Source: Octopus sinensis
Lineage: Eukaryota
DNA length: 64,000 nucleotides
Assembly (NCBI RefSeq): GCF_006345805.1
Contig: NC_043006.1
Span: 52,390,001 to 52,454,000, forward strand
Reading direction: 5' to 3'
A program made the translations under genes and the position numbers. Within the stretch, counting starts at the first letter, position 1. The number at the start of each line of letters is the position of its first letter. Under the pieces are notes generated by a model. It ran no database searches and had not been told where the DNA came from. It saw nothing but the letters and a program-made list of their open reading frames with translations. Of the stretch, positions 13,657-29,245 are shown piece by piece.

Positions 13657-14091
13657 CAATAGCGTATGCCAAAGTTTACACAAAGTTGTCCGGGTTTGAA
13701 TGTTGCACCAGATGACCAATGAAAAGTAATCTCTAGATATTTGTTTTTCTAATCGTACCAATCAAGGCACCATTATGGGTAAGGAAAAGGAAACGATGGA
13801 GAGAAAAAGGAGGGGATAAAGAGGAAAAGAATACCAGCACTAACGGCGAGTGTGACAACGATGACAGCAAGAATTACAAAAACACGTAGGAAGGTGTGGA
13901 AAGGAAATGACTGAAAAGAAATTTTTCTGTTCTAACAAACTAATTTGTAAATGTATTGGAGTTTTATTCTTTTAATGTAAACAAAATGAACGAAACCTTT
14001 TAAAGTAAATATAAAGATGAAAAGATATATAAAAACCAGACATACAATTATACAATATCTATTTGGTTTTTGTCGTTGTTGTCATTGCTGT

Positions 14092-14128
<37 letters not shown>

Positions 14129-15947
14129 ACTGCTGCTGCTGCTGCTGCTGAAAAGTTATACTACGGAAAATTTGGATTCAAGGAGGTATGCGCAACATTT
14201 GGAGATCTCCGGCTCAGTTGTACCGAGTCAGAATAAAGTACAGAAGTGTTTCCAATAAAGCCTGTCCTGTATTTGTCCAGAGCGACGAAACCATTCTGCA
14301 AACTCGTTCTGTGTCCGAGCATTTCTAACTTCACTGTAAGTCAACAATGCTTGGTCATTTTATTTGGGAAGGGTAGGATGTTCTCCTCAGCTAAGTAGTT
14401 GTTGTAAAAGAGATTGCATCCTAACAAGATTGAACATAGCGCAAACGGTCACTTTCCTTATTGGCAAAACTCTCAACTTTTTCAATTACTACTTGGAGGA
14501 GAAGATACGGAGAACGATACACTACACTCCAGCAAATTTGCTAAAAGGGAGGTTAGAAAGCAGAGAATGGCCCAATTAAATGGGAAAATCCTCAACTTTT
14601 TCTTCTGGGTAAAGGAACACCATTGCTAGAGAATGAACTTGCTCCTTACTGTCAGGATATCCTGAGGCCCATGCGATTCCTTCTTTGGTTCTAAATGTTT
14701 GATTAATTACATGATTAAATAACTTTTTTTTAAGCTATTGTTTTCCATGCTTTCTGTTTTTTTTTTCAAAATCTATTCTGCGAACCCTGACCACCATTTT
14801 TGTAATTTATCCTTGCAATGCCCTATCCGTCGTCCTTGTGGCGAATAAAATAAATCGTTATAAATTTTAGTAGTGGTAGTAGTAAAAGTATTATTATTAT
14901 TATAATTATTATTATTATTATATTATTATTATTATTATTATTATTAGTAGTAGTAGTAGTAAGCTAATAGTGGCCCATGCATACAAAGCCTTCGTCGACT
15001 CCACCGATGTTTTCCAAAGTAAATGCAACGTTTTTTCCCTTAGACACCCATATTGTGGTAGCCGTTAACGCCAGAACGCAATTAGTACAAGGTATCATCT
15101 TGAATGACGCACTAATAAGTCTATCAATCGAGTGCACGGGACTGCTACTTGTTTATTTTTGAGTCAGAAAAAAAAAACTGAAGTTGGCATCTGCAGGATT
15201 CGAAGAGAAAACTAAGAGATTTGAAACAAATATCTGGAAGGCATTCTATCCGATAACAGCGCCTCTCTCTCTCTCTCTCTTTCTTTCTCTCTCTCTCTCT
15301 TTCTTCCTCTTTCTCTCTTTCTTCCTCTTTCTCTCTTTCTTCCTCTCTCTCTCTTTCTTTCTCTCTCTCTTTCTCTTTCTCCCCTCTCTGTCTGTCTGTC
15401 TCTTCCTCCCCCACTCTCTGTTTTGTATGTATTACTGACGTGCTAGGAATATTCCTTTTTTTTCAGAAAAATTTTAGCCTACAGTACATGTTGAACAGGC
15501 AAGTTGAACAAGCTGACAGTCGTGGAAATTTCCTTGTCTTAGTCACGCATTCCTTGGCGCCTCCCAGAACATAGCGCCCCGGGCGACTGCACGAGTTGCC
15601 CGTACCTCGAGCCGGTCCTGCGTGTATAGGAGACATATAAATAAATTGGACAATCGTAAACGGCTGTCATTTTAAACAACCATGCTGTGGATGAAATGGG
15701 ATCCGCTGGACCAGTTTTGAGATTTCATCAGCAGCTTTTGTTCTCCAATCTTCAACGGTGATACACATAGGTAGTATTATCAAGAGTTTTATTAATTCGG
15801 ATACGCCAATGTACATACATGACACATTCTTGGAAACTAGTTGTACTAATGAATTAATGAGGTGTTAGCAGTGTTCAATTTTTATGTTATGAATTGACAA
15901 AGAAGCAACCTTATAGATTTTAACCAACGTACGTAAATTAGACTTAA

Positions 15948-16110
15948 ATAGGCGCAGGCATGGCTGTGTGGGAGAAGCTTGCTTCCCAGTCACATGGTTG
16001 TGGGTTCAGTTCCACTGAATGAGACCTTGAGGAAGTGTTTTCTTCTGTAGCCTCGAACCGACCAAAGCCTTGTGAATGGATTTGGCTGATGGAAACTGAG
16101 ATGTTTGTAG
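15948..16110 (+). mobile_element. tRNA-derived SINE, 5' half (3' half displaced to about 30390-30750)
   Basis: The orthologous uninterrupted copy is at 63468-63800 in paralogue B. Confidence 0.75.
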
Positions 16111-17206
16111 CATATATATATGTGTATATATATATATATATATATTGGTGAATTGAAGAAATGGAGCTGAACGCAGATTGAACAGAAATCGTTTTATTTC
16201 ATTCTACACGTGTTTCGAAAGGCACAAATTACCAAAATCCGATGGAATAATGGGACCATATTGTGTCTTTCTCTTCAGGAAGAAAATAGGAAATCCGTTG
16301 GAAAAACAAAAACAGAACAGAGGCGGAGCAAAAACAAATCGAACTATGCTCCTAAGAGCCCATGGCGAAACTGTTTATCAGTGTATGTTGAGAACCGGTG
16401 GCTGAAGAATTCAACGGGTCAGGCATCGTCAATCATGTGGGTGAGGGGGCGTAGATGTTCTTTGTGACCGAGAATAAAGTTCTGACTATTTAAGGAATAT
16501 TGGATGTTTTATAAGGGGCGAGAAAAAATCTACTTAGAGACGTGTGTGTGTGTATACTGTTCTATATACGTGTGTGTTGGCGTAGGGGTAGAAAACATTT
16601 TTTGTGTACGTGTGTGCGTTTGATCGTTCGGCTGTCAGTGGCTACTGCCGTGATGACCGTTGGGTGGCAGAAAAAAATATATATATCATGTTTTATGTGT
16701 GTGTGTGTTCTCATCTAAGCCTGCCTTGTCAAGGAAACCCCCCGCTGTGAAAAAACCAAGCCCCGTTTGTCTTACAGGAGTAATTCCCCTTGCAGTGGTT
16801 AATCGTAGATATCTTAAAGGCTATTTCATAATTTGTTACAAGGGCTATGGGTGCCGGTATTATTATAAACGCTATTAAAAGCCAGATAAGTGTAACGCCG
16901 CCAATGGGGGCATCGAAAAGCCGACTGTAAAAGCCCGTTTACCATCCGGCCTCTGGCAAACAAAATATGGAAGAGTTCGGAGACACAAAGGTTGCACTGC
17001 CTTCTGCCCCTTTCAATTATCCGCACCAACGCACGGTTGCAACACCATATGGTTGTACCTCCAACCGAGCTGTTTTACTGCTGTGATTTTTGCTACTAAG
17101 GTATCGGTTAAACTTTTGATTAATCTACTACAAGATTATTCATCTTTCTATTTCACATAATACATACCGCTTCGTCAAGAAACTGCTACTTTAACCGATA
17201 CCAATA

Positions 17207-19889
17207 ATGGAGTTGTTCGAGATTGATGCGTCCCTTAAGGATATTCCTATACCACCAAAGGATGCCTTCCTTAAGGAGTTGGTTTGTAAAACCAACGCAT
17301 TCATAAACCGGATGAGATGGCTCATTTTCTTCCACGAGAACGAAGATCTAAAATCGAACCGGACAACAGCATCGTCCGAATACGGCCGGCTTTTTAAAAC
17401 ATTGGATACGCCGCCACCTAACCCAAGACTGAAGAAGTTTGAGGACGACTTGTGGGACATAGTTAGAAAGATTAAGTTCAGGAAGTCACCCAGGAGAAAT
17501 GCCCACCTCAGATACCTAGATAAAATTACCAAGGACATTAATAGAACGGACGGAGTCCTGGTCCAGTCCGACAAGACCAGGAACACATACAAGATGCCCA
17601 TTAAGCAGTACCTAGATTTACTCGTAAAGAGATCAAGAAAATTATAGAAAAACCAATTGGAGTACCCTGAGGAAGGTAAACTTGGAAATTAAGGAAATAA
17701 TATTTAAACACCGAATTCAAATGAGAACTCAGCCGCTTAGCCCTAAGCAACCCAGATTTATAGTGAAGGACCATAAACCGAACTTCCACACCAACCCAGC
17801 GCTAAGACTCATATGCCCTGCTAGATCTGATATCGGGATAATCAGTAAGTACATTTTAGATAAATATATCCCTAGTTTAGTAAACAAGCTGAAGCTCAGC
17901 CTCTGGGCCAACTCCTCGCAGGTAGTGAAGTGGTTCTCTTCCATCCCCAATAAGAACCGTACTAGGTTCATTCAGTTTGATATCGCCAGCTTCTACCCCT
18001 CGATTAACCCTAGTGTGCTAAATAAGGCCCTCTGGCATGCTCACAACAAGGCTGGCCTCACCAGAGAAGAGATAGGTATCATTTTAGTTGCCAGGAAATC
18101 GTTTATTAAGTTTGATAATAAGTTGTGGATCCGTAAAGATACTCCCAATGAATTTGATGTGCCTATGGGTAGTTCGGATAGTGCGCAGATAGCCGATTTG
18201 GTCGGAATATATATTCTCTACGAATTGTCCGACCAATTCCCGGAGATCGCGGGCGGCCTGTATCGTGACGATTGTCTGTTTTACCTGCAAAACACCACGA
18301 ACAGAATAGTGCAGAAAACTAAGAGCAGGTTAGCTAGGTTTTTTAATAGAATGGGCATGAGTATAGTTTTTGATAATGAACTCACCAAGGCCAATTCCTA
18401 GACGTTACACTTAACCTTAATAGCGACTCATACTGCCCTTACCATAAGCCTTCCACTAATTTGAAGTATGTCAGTGTCTTCTCAAATCATGCCAAAACCG
18501 TAACAGACAATTTGGTTAAAAACATCTCTCTAAGATTGTCTGGCTTGTCCGCCAGTGCCGATATTTTTATGCAGAAAGCGGAATTTTATAACGCCGCACT
18601 ATCCAAGGCCGGTTATAGGCAGAAGGTATTTTATTTTGATCCGGCCCTTCCGATGCCATCATTCGGTCATCAGGATAGGGCCGTATATAATAACATTAAC
18701 ATTTTAAGTAAGGACGGGAGCGCGGTGGATGCCGGGGTAGTCGCTTCCGCATTTAATTTAGCGAACAAGGATAATTATCGGTCCGGGAGGTCTTACACTA
18801 ACCCAAGACCCGTCATTCATCCGAGAATCACCCACCCGAATGCGAGAGCTGGCGTCCCGATCCATCACACTGATAGGAATAAGCATATATGGTTTGTAAT
18901 CCCCTTTGGTAAGCAGATTAGAACTAACCTCCCCCTCATGTTTAGACAAGCCATCGCCAATAACTTCCCCAGAAATTCCAAATATTACTCCACGGTTAAC
19001 TCGCATAAAGTTAGGATAGCTTTCTCCAACACTAAAAACCTCGCCCAGATAATCGCCTCCCATAATAATAGGCTACTTACTAAGACCCTATCACCTTTTT
19101 CCGGAGGCACAGCCTCTTCCGCTCCCGGTTTAATGCTCAGTAGGAATAATTATAGTAGTAATAATGATATGAGAGCCAGTACAGTGACACATAATCTCAG
19201 CTCCAGCCAGGGAGTACCCACTAGGGGTATAGTTATAAATAGGGGTGTTGTGGTTGACGGTAACAATGGGAGTAGGGTAGAGAGCCCCAATAGCATCCCC
19301 AGCATCATTTCCGCAATAGCAGCACCACGGGCAGTAGCAATGACAGCACTTGATAGATAGTGGAGAATCAGGGGTTATTCCTATAGTTAATAGTGACGTA
19401 GTGGAAAATAGAGTAGTAAGCGGCTGCAGGTCTCGGAACGAATATAGTGACAGGAACGCAGTTCTAATTTCAGAAACTAATCCTAGTAGAATTAGATTCA
19501 CGTCGGCGAACTCCAAGATCAAAAACGCCGTCTACCAATGCAAGGTTTACACGGACTCAGATGTCTTCACTTATGTAGGGGCCTCATCCTCAAGATTGTC
19601 TTTGCGTGTCTCCAACCATTACGCAACGTTTCGGGACATGAACAAGCGCCAGACCACGGGACTCAGTAAACTAATATGGCGACTGAAGGATACGAACTTA
19701 AGCTACAGGCTGGAATGGTCAATTTTGTCGGTGGCCCTCCCATTTGATAGGGGCAGAAGGCAGTGCAACCTTTGAGTCTCCGAACTCTTCCATATTTTGT
19801 TTGCCAGAGGCCGGATGGTAAACGGGCTTTTACAGTCGGCTTTTCGATGCCCCCATTGGCGGCGTTACACTTATCTGGCTTTTAAATAG
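17207..19889 (+). pseudogene. Disrupted PLE RT + GIY-YIG ORF
   Basis: Four ORF pieces joined by frameshifts near 17640, 18395 and 19350, with an in-frame TGA at 19773-19775. Confidence 0.85.
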
Positions 19890-20477
19890 CGTTTATAAAT
19901 AATACCGGCACCCATAGCCCTTGGTAACAAATTATGAAATAGCCTTTAAGATATCTACGATTAACCACTGCAAGGGGAATTACTCCTGTAAGACAAACGG
20001 GGCTTGGTTTTTTCACAGCGGGGGGTTTCCTTGACAAGGCAGGCTTAGATGAGAACACACACACACATAAAACATGATATATATATTTTTTTCTGCCACC
20101 CAACGGTCATCACGGCAGTAGCCACTGACAGCCGAACGATCAAACGCACACACGTACACAAAAAATGTTTTCTACCCCTACGCCAACACACACGTATATA
20201 GAACAGTATACACACACACACGTCTCTAAGTAGATTTTTTCTCGCCCCTTATAAAACATCCAATATTCCTTAAATAGTCAGAACTTTATTCTCGGTCACA
20301 AAGAACATCTACGCCCCCTCACCCACATGATTGACCGATGCCTGACCCGTTGAATTCTTCAGCCACCGGTTCTCAACATACACTGATAAACAGTTTCGCC
20401 ATGGGCTCTTAGGAGCATAGTTCGATTTGTTTTTGCTCCGCCTCTGTTCTGTTTTTGTTTTTCCAACGGATTTCCTA

Positions 20478-20568
20478 TTTTCTTCCTGAAGAGAAAGACA
20501 CAATATGGTCCCATTATTCCATCGGATTTTGGTAATTTGTGCCTTTCGAAACACGTGTAGAATGAAAT
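20478..20568 (+). ncRNA. PLE terminal-repeat hammerhead motif (inverted twin at about 16196-16287, minus strand)
   Basis: CUGAAGA-GAAAGACACAA...UUGUGCCUUUC-GAAAC-ACGU-GUA^GAAUGAAA, with a palindromic short stem III typical of minimal PLE hammerheads. Confidence 0.8.
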
Positions 20569-20776
20569 AAAACGATTTCTGTTCAATCTGCGTTCAGCTC
20601 CATTTCTTCAATTCACCAATAATGTTCTAATTTCAATTATCCGCACCAACGCACGGTTGCAACACCATATGGTTGTACCTCCAACCGAGCTGTTTTACTG
20701 CTGTGATTTTTGCTACTAAGGTATCGGTTAAACTTTAGATTAATCTACTACAAGATTATTCATCTTTCTATTTCAC

Positions 20777-23000
<2,224 letters not shown>

Positions 23001-23122
23001 TATATATATATTATAAATATAAATATATAATATATATATATAATAGATATGATAATATTAAGGAGTATAACTCCAAACTTACAGGGAAAATTCAATTTAG
23101 TATTAAATCAAATTTCACAATA

Positions 23123-24263
23123 TCTATTATAAAAATCCGTTCTGTCTGTCTGTGTGTGTGTCTTCTAGTATCTCAGGCATCCTCCATCCGATTGCGCTCA
23201 AATTTGATATGTAGATACCGACGGCATCAGAGCGCGTAGAAGACTTGAAAAAATATTACAAAAATCGATTCCAGGTGAGAATGCGATCGATAAAGCCGTG
23301 GGAAAGTGCATTTGTACGCGCAAGTACATCAGCTGTTGCGATCGATACTACGCGTACGCGAGAAAAATGCGCGTGCAGTTTGCGCAAAAAAAGCCGGCTG
23401 GCTTGAAATAATGCCACAAAATGCAGTACATTTAAGAGCCCAAAAATGTACGATGCAAAAGAGATATTTTCTTCAAACTTGGCATGAAGGAAGTAAAGAC
23501 TATTTGGTTTCGCAAGAAGTTTTTTTTTGCCTTAATTTCGTTTAACAAAACCAAAATTTTATTGAAATAAAGGCATGCTTTATTTTTTAATGAAAAGTAA
23601 ACCCGGATTGCTTTTTATTCAAGAAAGAAAATACTATTTTGTTGCTAATAAATGATTTTTGTTGTCTTATAGCTTTAAAACAAAAAAAGTGTGTTTTTTA
23701 GTGAAAGAAAACCATTATTGTATTTAATCAAGATTGTTTGAGCTTTATTTCAAGGTGAATGGAGTCAAAATACTTCAATTTTAGAAATAAAAGACTATTT
23801 GCTTGCTTCTTAATCGTGCAATATTTGCATTTTCTAAACGTACACAACTAATCTACAATTGACCAGTTTGTTTTTGGAAGAAAATGCGATACTTTTGCAT
23901 TTTTAATTATAATTGCTTTATTGTTTCAAAGGTTGCACCATCAATTTTTTGTTGTTTTTGTACTGCTTAAAGTCACGTTTCTTTCCTGTCAAGCTTACTG
24001 TTTAAACCATGTTTGTGTTCTCCTAGTCAACAGCCTAATCATTACTGGTACTTTAAACTCTTCGGTTGCATATTTGTGTGAATAAAATAGTTTTTCTTTG
24101 GAGTAGAAAAAAGTCCATCTTTATTTCTTCTTTTGCTGGTGTTTCAAATTTAGGTTTCTCAAAGGGGAGGCCTATGGGACGGTCGGACAAGTTGTTTTGA
24201 GAAAATTTGGTTTTAATGTTTGACAACTCAGCACCGTCCAATGGACGGGGGGCGTTTTGCTCG
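23123..24263 (+). mobile_element. Non-autonomous Helitron-like element
   Basis: A|TC 5' end with a (CTGT)n stretch, a CCGTCC-AAT-GGACGG hairpin at 24234-24248, a CTCG|T 3' end 11 nt later and no TSD. It splits the PLE terminus. Confidence 0.72.
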
Positions 24264-26204
24264 TAAATGTATAATATATAAATTCGAGAAAAATACCATT
24301 ATTATACAATTCAAACAATGACAGACATAAACCAAATGATAAATAAAAAAAATTTTTTAAACATAACTAGATCGCAAAAATATAAAAATGAATAATCAAT
24401 ATATAACAAGTAAAAAAACTCCGAACGTTTCATGGCTATAATTAAATTCGAATTACAATTAAATTTAGATATAATCGAAAATCAATTCAATTTAAAATTA
24501 TAGTCACTCTTCAGGTTAACAATAATAGTTAAGTAAATAAGCAAATAGAGTTAAACAATATTTATAAAATAAAATAAGATAATGATTTTTCTTATAGATG
24601 AAACTCCATTAACTAAGTTTGAAACTTAAAGCAGTAGGATCAGTTTCCTAAAATACATTTATTAGGTTAAATATTTAAGGTAAAAAATAGAGTAAATAGA
24701 TAGAAAAATGTATTTATCTGTGAGGATATAATTTAGCTTAATGAAAAAATAAACCATAGAATATATTTAACCTAGTGATACTATATTTAATTACCAAACT
24801 GTTTTACAAAAAATCACTTTTAGATTTTAGTTAGCATATAATAATTATAAAATAATAAATATATAAAAATATCTAAATTATAATCAACAAATATAGTAAT
24901 TAAAGATCTATATTTTTTCTATCAATAAACATATAAACAATAAATGAATTAGTCCATTATTACCTACATATATATTATAGATATCTTCCGAAAATATTTA
25001 TGAAGTAAAAAATAAGAACTGAAAAATTCCAAAGTAAAAACGTATAACTTATCTTTATAAAATACTTATTATTCCTATTATTATTAAATGTAATAGTACT
25101 AGAAATATAACAAGACTAGAAATATGATAAGACTAGAAATTATAATACGAAACTTTTAGTTAAATTAAAACATTTTTTATGATCTAGATCCCAAAGTGAT
25201 TAACTAGTATTTTAAAATTTACGTTCAGATATAATATTTATAAAATAATAATAATTAAATAAAAGTACTTATCTAAATTATCATTAACGAATAAAAAATT
25301 ATAAATTCATATTTAACAATCAATACTTATATAGAGTACAATAATATTTCTTAAATAAAAAAAGTCTACTTATATCTCGAAAAGGCGTATTATTAACTAA
25401 AAAATTTTCAAAGCGAAAAACGTCTTATTTAGCGTTTATAAATTACTCGTGAATTACGTTGCTTAAAAAATAGAACAAACAGATGGAAATATACATTTTA
25501 TCAATGGAAACTACAAATATATTTTAGCTTTAACAGAAAATGAGAATAAAATCTCTCAGAGAGAATAAAATTACTATACACTAGAATATCATTCACTAGA
25601 AAACTAAAATTTAGAATTAACTACGATAAAATATACTCAAATCACCATATAGTAAAATTAATTTATATAACTACAATTTACTGTATATTCTCTAATACTC
25701 TTATACAAATTTCTTTGTTTCATATATATAAATATGGTTCCGCTGGAGCCCAACCTTTATTCGAACAAAACAACTTTTAGACCCATTCTATATAAACTCA
25801 GTACTAAATTCAATCAGAATTAATAATTTTAATAAATTTAAGTTAATTAAAAAAATATAATGTAATTAATATTCATTAATAAATTATATTAATTAATTAA
25901 ATAAACATCTAAATAAATCTAATTCGAAATATATAATACAAAGTCATGTTGACTAATATATATAAAAAAAATATTACAAACCATAAACTAGACTGTCATT
26001 TATAACAAATATATATTCTATATCAAATTAACATTCAAAACAAATCCTAACTAATAAATTAAACTTATTATATAAGTAAAGTAATTTATATTTAGATCAA
26101 ATACTTCGCTCATTAATTGACTAAATAAGGTACATATTATTGTAAATAAATAGCACATAAAGGTAAAATATTCACTACATATTCAAAATTAATTAACATA
26201 CACC

Positions 26205-29200
26205 TCACCTCGATGCTCCTACTGAACATCAGAGGGCTGCAAACACTCAGTAACAGGACAAAGATCCCGTTCTTGAGAGACTTTGTTGCATGCAATCAAG
26301 CCTTATGCATAGCACTTACAGAAACGCACCTGAAACCGGACATAGCAGATGCGGAGTTACACATACCACAGTATGTTGTACTACGGACCGACAGAAAAGA
26401 AAGGAGTCATGGAGGAGTAGCTATGTGCATCCGTGAGGACCTCACACCCCAGGTCCTCTTGTCATACTCAAACTCGGTGTGTGACACACTAATTGTACAT
26501 ATAAGGCAACTTGATGTAGTTGTGTGTGCTACATATCGCCCTCCAGATGCCCCAAGCCATGTGGGCAAGTTTGAAGACTGCCTTATAAAAATAGAAGTTC
26601 TAATCACATTAGAACAACACATAAGTGTACTTCTTATGGGAGACTTCAATCTACCCAATGTCAGATGGCCCGAGGGCCTTTCTCTCCCAGGAATGACAAG
26701 ATGTGAACGAGGACAGGCGAGGTCCCTCCTGAACCTCATCAACACCCTGTACATGGAGCAAGTAATACTCCAACCAACCAGGGCAGGTAACACACTGGAT
26801 CTCTGCTTCACAAATAATATGGATCTCATCCATAATGTGAAAGTGACACCGACACTACTCTCGGATCACCACATGGTAGAGCTGACCATGTACGGGCCAA
26901 AAGAGAGCACGGACATGCAGCCTACAAGAAACCCTCAGAATCTTTCCAGCTTGAACTACCATAAGGCAAACTGGAAACAAATTGAGAAAGAGATCCTCAA
27001 ACAAAACTGGCCTAAATGTCTCTCCTCGCCAGACATCGACGTGAAACTTCAACAATTCATGTCTGTAACGCAAGCCATATGCTACAAATGTGTCCCAGAG
27101 AGAAAGGCCACTGTACACAAGAACAAAATCCCCAGAGAGAGGAAAATCTTAATGAGACGGCGTACAAAAATTTCAAATCGCCTAAACAAACAGATTGAAA
27201 GCAGTGAAAAGTCCCGCCTGAAAATAAAACTGTTGGAAATTGAAAAATGTCTGCAAATCTCCCATGAAAAGGAAAGAGCAGACAAAGAAGCCTGGGCTAT
27301 AGACAACATAAAATCTAACCCCAGAGCTTTCTACAGGTATGCCAAAGAAACAGCTACGGTGCACTGTAGGATAGGGCCACTCCTTGAAGAGGATGGCACA
27401 CTCACAGGAAAACCAATGAGGGTAAGTGAAATACTGAATGAGCAATTCAAGAGTGTTTTCACTCCACCCCTCGGGCATTTCCAAATCACCAATCCAACTG
27501 ACTTCTTTACCACTGCAGATATAAAATCAGAGGCGGCGACGATAAATTACATCGATATAAAGGAAGACGATGTAATAAAGGCCATAGATGAAATGAAAAC
27601 AGAATCAGCTATTGGCCCCGATGGATTCCCGGCAATCCTCCTAAAAGTATGTAAGAGAGTCCTAGCAAGACCACTGCAGATCCTCTTTCAGAGCTTCCTA
27701 GCAGCTGGCAAACTTCCAAAAAAACTGAAGGAAGGTAAAATATGCCCTATTCATAAAGGTGGTAGCAGAGCAGAGGCCAAGAACTACAGACCTATCTCTC
27801 TCACCTCACACATCAGCAAGGTCATGGAACGAATAGTCAGAAGGAAACTAATCACCTTCCTTGAAGAAAATGACTTGCTGCCTGACACCCAACATGGTTT
27901 CCGACCAGGAAGAAGCTGTTTAACTCAGCTCCTACAACACTATGACTGGGTGCTGAAACAACTGCTCAACCACTCAAATGTGGAAGTCATATATCTCGAC
28001 TTTGCAAAGGCCTTTGATAAAGTCGGTCATGGAATGATATGTCACAAACTGCGTGATCTTGGCATAGTTGGAAAATTGGGAGAATGGCTTCACGACTTTC
28101 TGAAGAATAGAAGTCAGGTGGTAGCACTTCCATTAACACACAAATAGTGAGCGGTGTTCCGCAGGACACTGTTTTGGGACCACTACTGTTCATAATAGCC
28201 CTCAGACATGCCCTCAGACACGCAGAGAGCCACGATCACAAGTTATGCAGATGATACAAAAGTTTCACAGGCAATACAGAACCCTGAAGACACTAAGCAC
28301 CTGCAATGTAAGCTGGACGAAATATATAAGTGGGCTGAAAAGAATAGCATGCAGTTCAATGCTGAAAAGTTTCAAGCTTTATACTATCAGCATGCAAAAC
28401 TAAATACAATACCCAATGAATACACTGGACCCGGAGGAATAGCAATCCCAGAGGCACAATCAGTGCGTGACCTGGGTATTTACATGAGCGATGACGCAAC
28501 CTTTCGTGTTCATGTTGCTAAATTGGCAATGAAATGTAGACGACTGGCCGGATGGATTCTCAGAACCTTTAGAACAAGAGAACAAGAAACCATGATGGTC
28601 CTCTGGAGGACACTTGTCCTAAGCCACTTTGACTATTGCTCTCAGTTATGGTCACCATCCAGTGTCAAGTTGATCACAGAGCTCGAGGCGATCCAGCGTA
28701 GCTACACGAAGAAGATAGCCTCTATGCAGAATGTAAGCTACTGGGAAAGACTCAAGAGATTAAAACTATATTCCTTGGAGCGTAGGCGGGAAAGATATGC
28801 CATAATATACATCTGGAAGATCCTGGAGGGACGTGTCCCAAACTTTGGCATCGAGAGTTACACAAATGCCAGAACTGGGCGCCACTGCGTGGTGCTTAGG
28901 ACTCCAAATTTGCCATCAAGATGTAGGACAAGATACTGTGATAGCCTGGGCTTCCGTGGCCCACAGCTCTTCAATATCCTCCCAAAGAACCTGAGAGACC
29001 TGCATGGGGTGGATGCAGATGTCTTTAAAATGGAACTGGATCTCTTCCTGTCAGGTGTCCCAGATGAACCAACTTCACGGCAGGAGGTGCAGATGAGGGC
29101 AGCTGCATCGAACTCTCTCATGCACCAAATGGCAGTTGCTAAAAAGCTTTCGTGAAGTAAAACCAAGTAGCAACACCAAATGGCGGTGCCCCAGCATGGC

Positions 29201-29245
29201 CACAGCTCATGAGCTGAAACTAGAATCAATCAATCAATCAATCAA
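26205..29245 (+). mobile_element. CR1/L2-group LINE (APE endonuclease + RT), frameshifted
   Basis: ORFs 26213-28147 and 28208-29155: NIRGL, ETHL, GDFNLP, NYRPISLTS, QHGFRPGRSC, YLDFAKAFDKV, YADDTK, LERRR. (AATC)n tail. Lesion near 28125-28205. Confidence 0.93.

Larger units (their letters stand above)
16144..20780 (+). mobile_element. Penelope-like retroelement (PLE) with an inverted 5' copy of its 3' end and a direct partial repeat
   Basis: RT motifs KDHK, QFDIASFYPSI, MGSSDS and GLYRDD, plus GIY-YIG AVY...TYVGAS...RVSNH...LSKLIWRLK...WSIL...CNL. 16144-17010 is the reverse complement of 19750-20620, and 17011-17160 equals 20631-20780. Confidence 0.93.

Noticed and set aside
15700-15830. Hidden exon explaining the 99 percent identical tract
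   Set aside because: It has only a short (about 50 codon) minus-strand frame with no splice signals or recognisable domain.
24420-24530. Hammerhead motifs in the PLE2 arms (also 30120-30215, about 21000-21045 and about 54610-54650)
   Set aside because: The cores are recognisable, but the cleavage triplet, GAAA or stem I is mutated. Recorded as degenerate and not functional.
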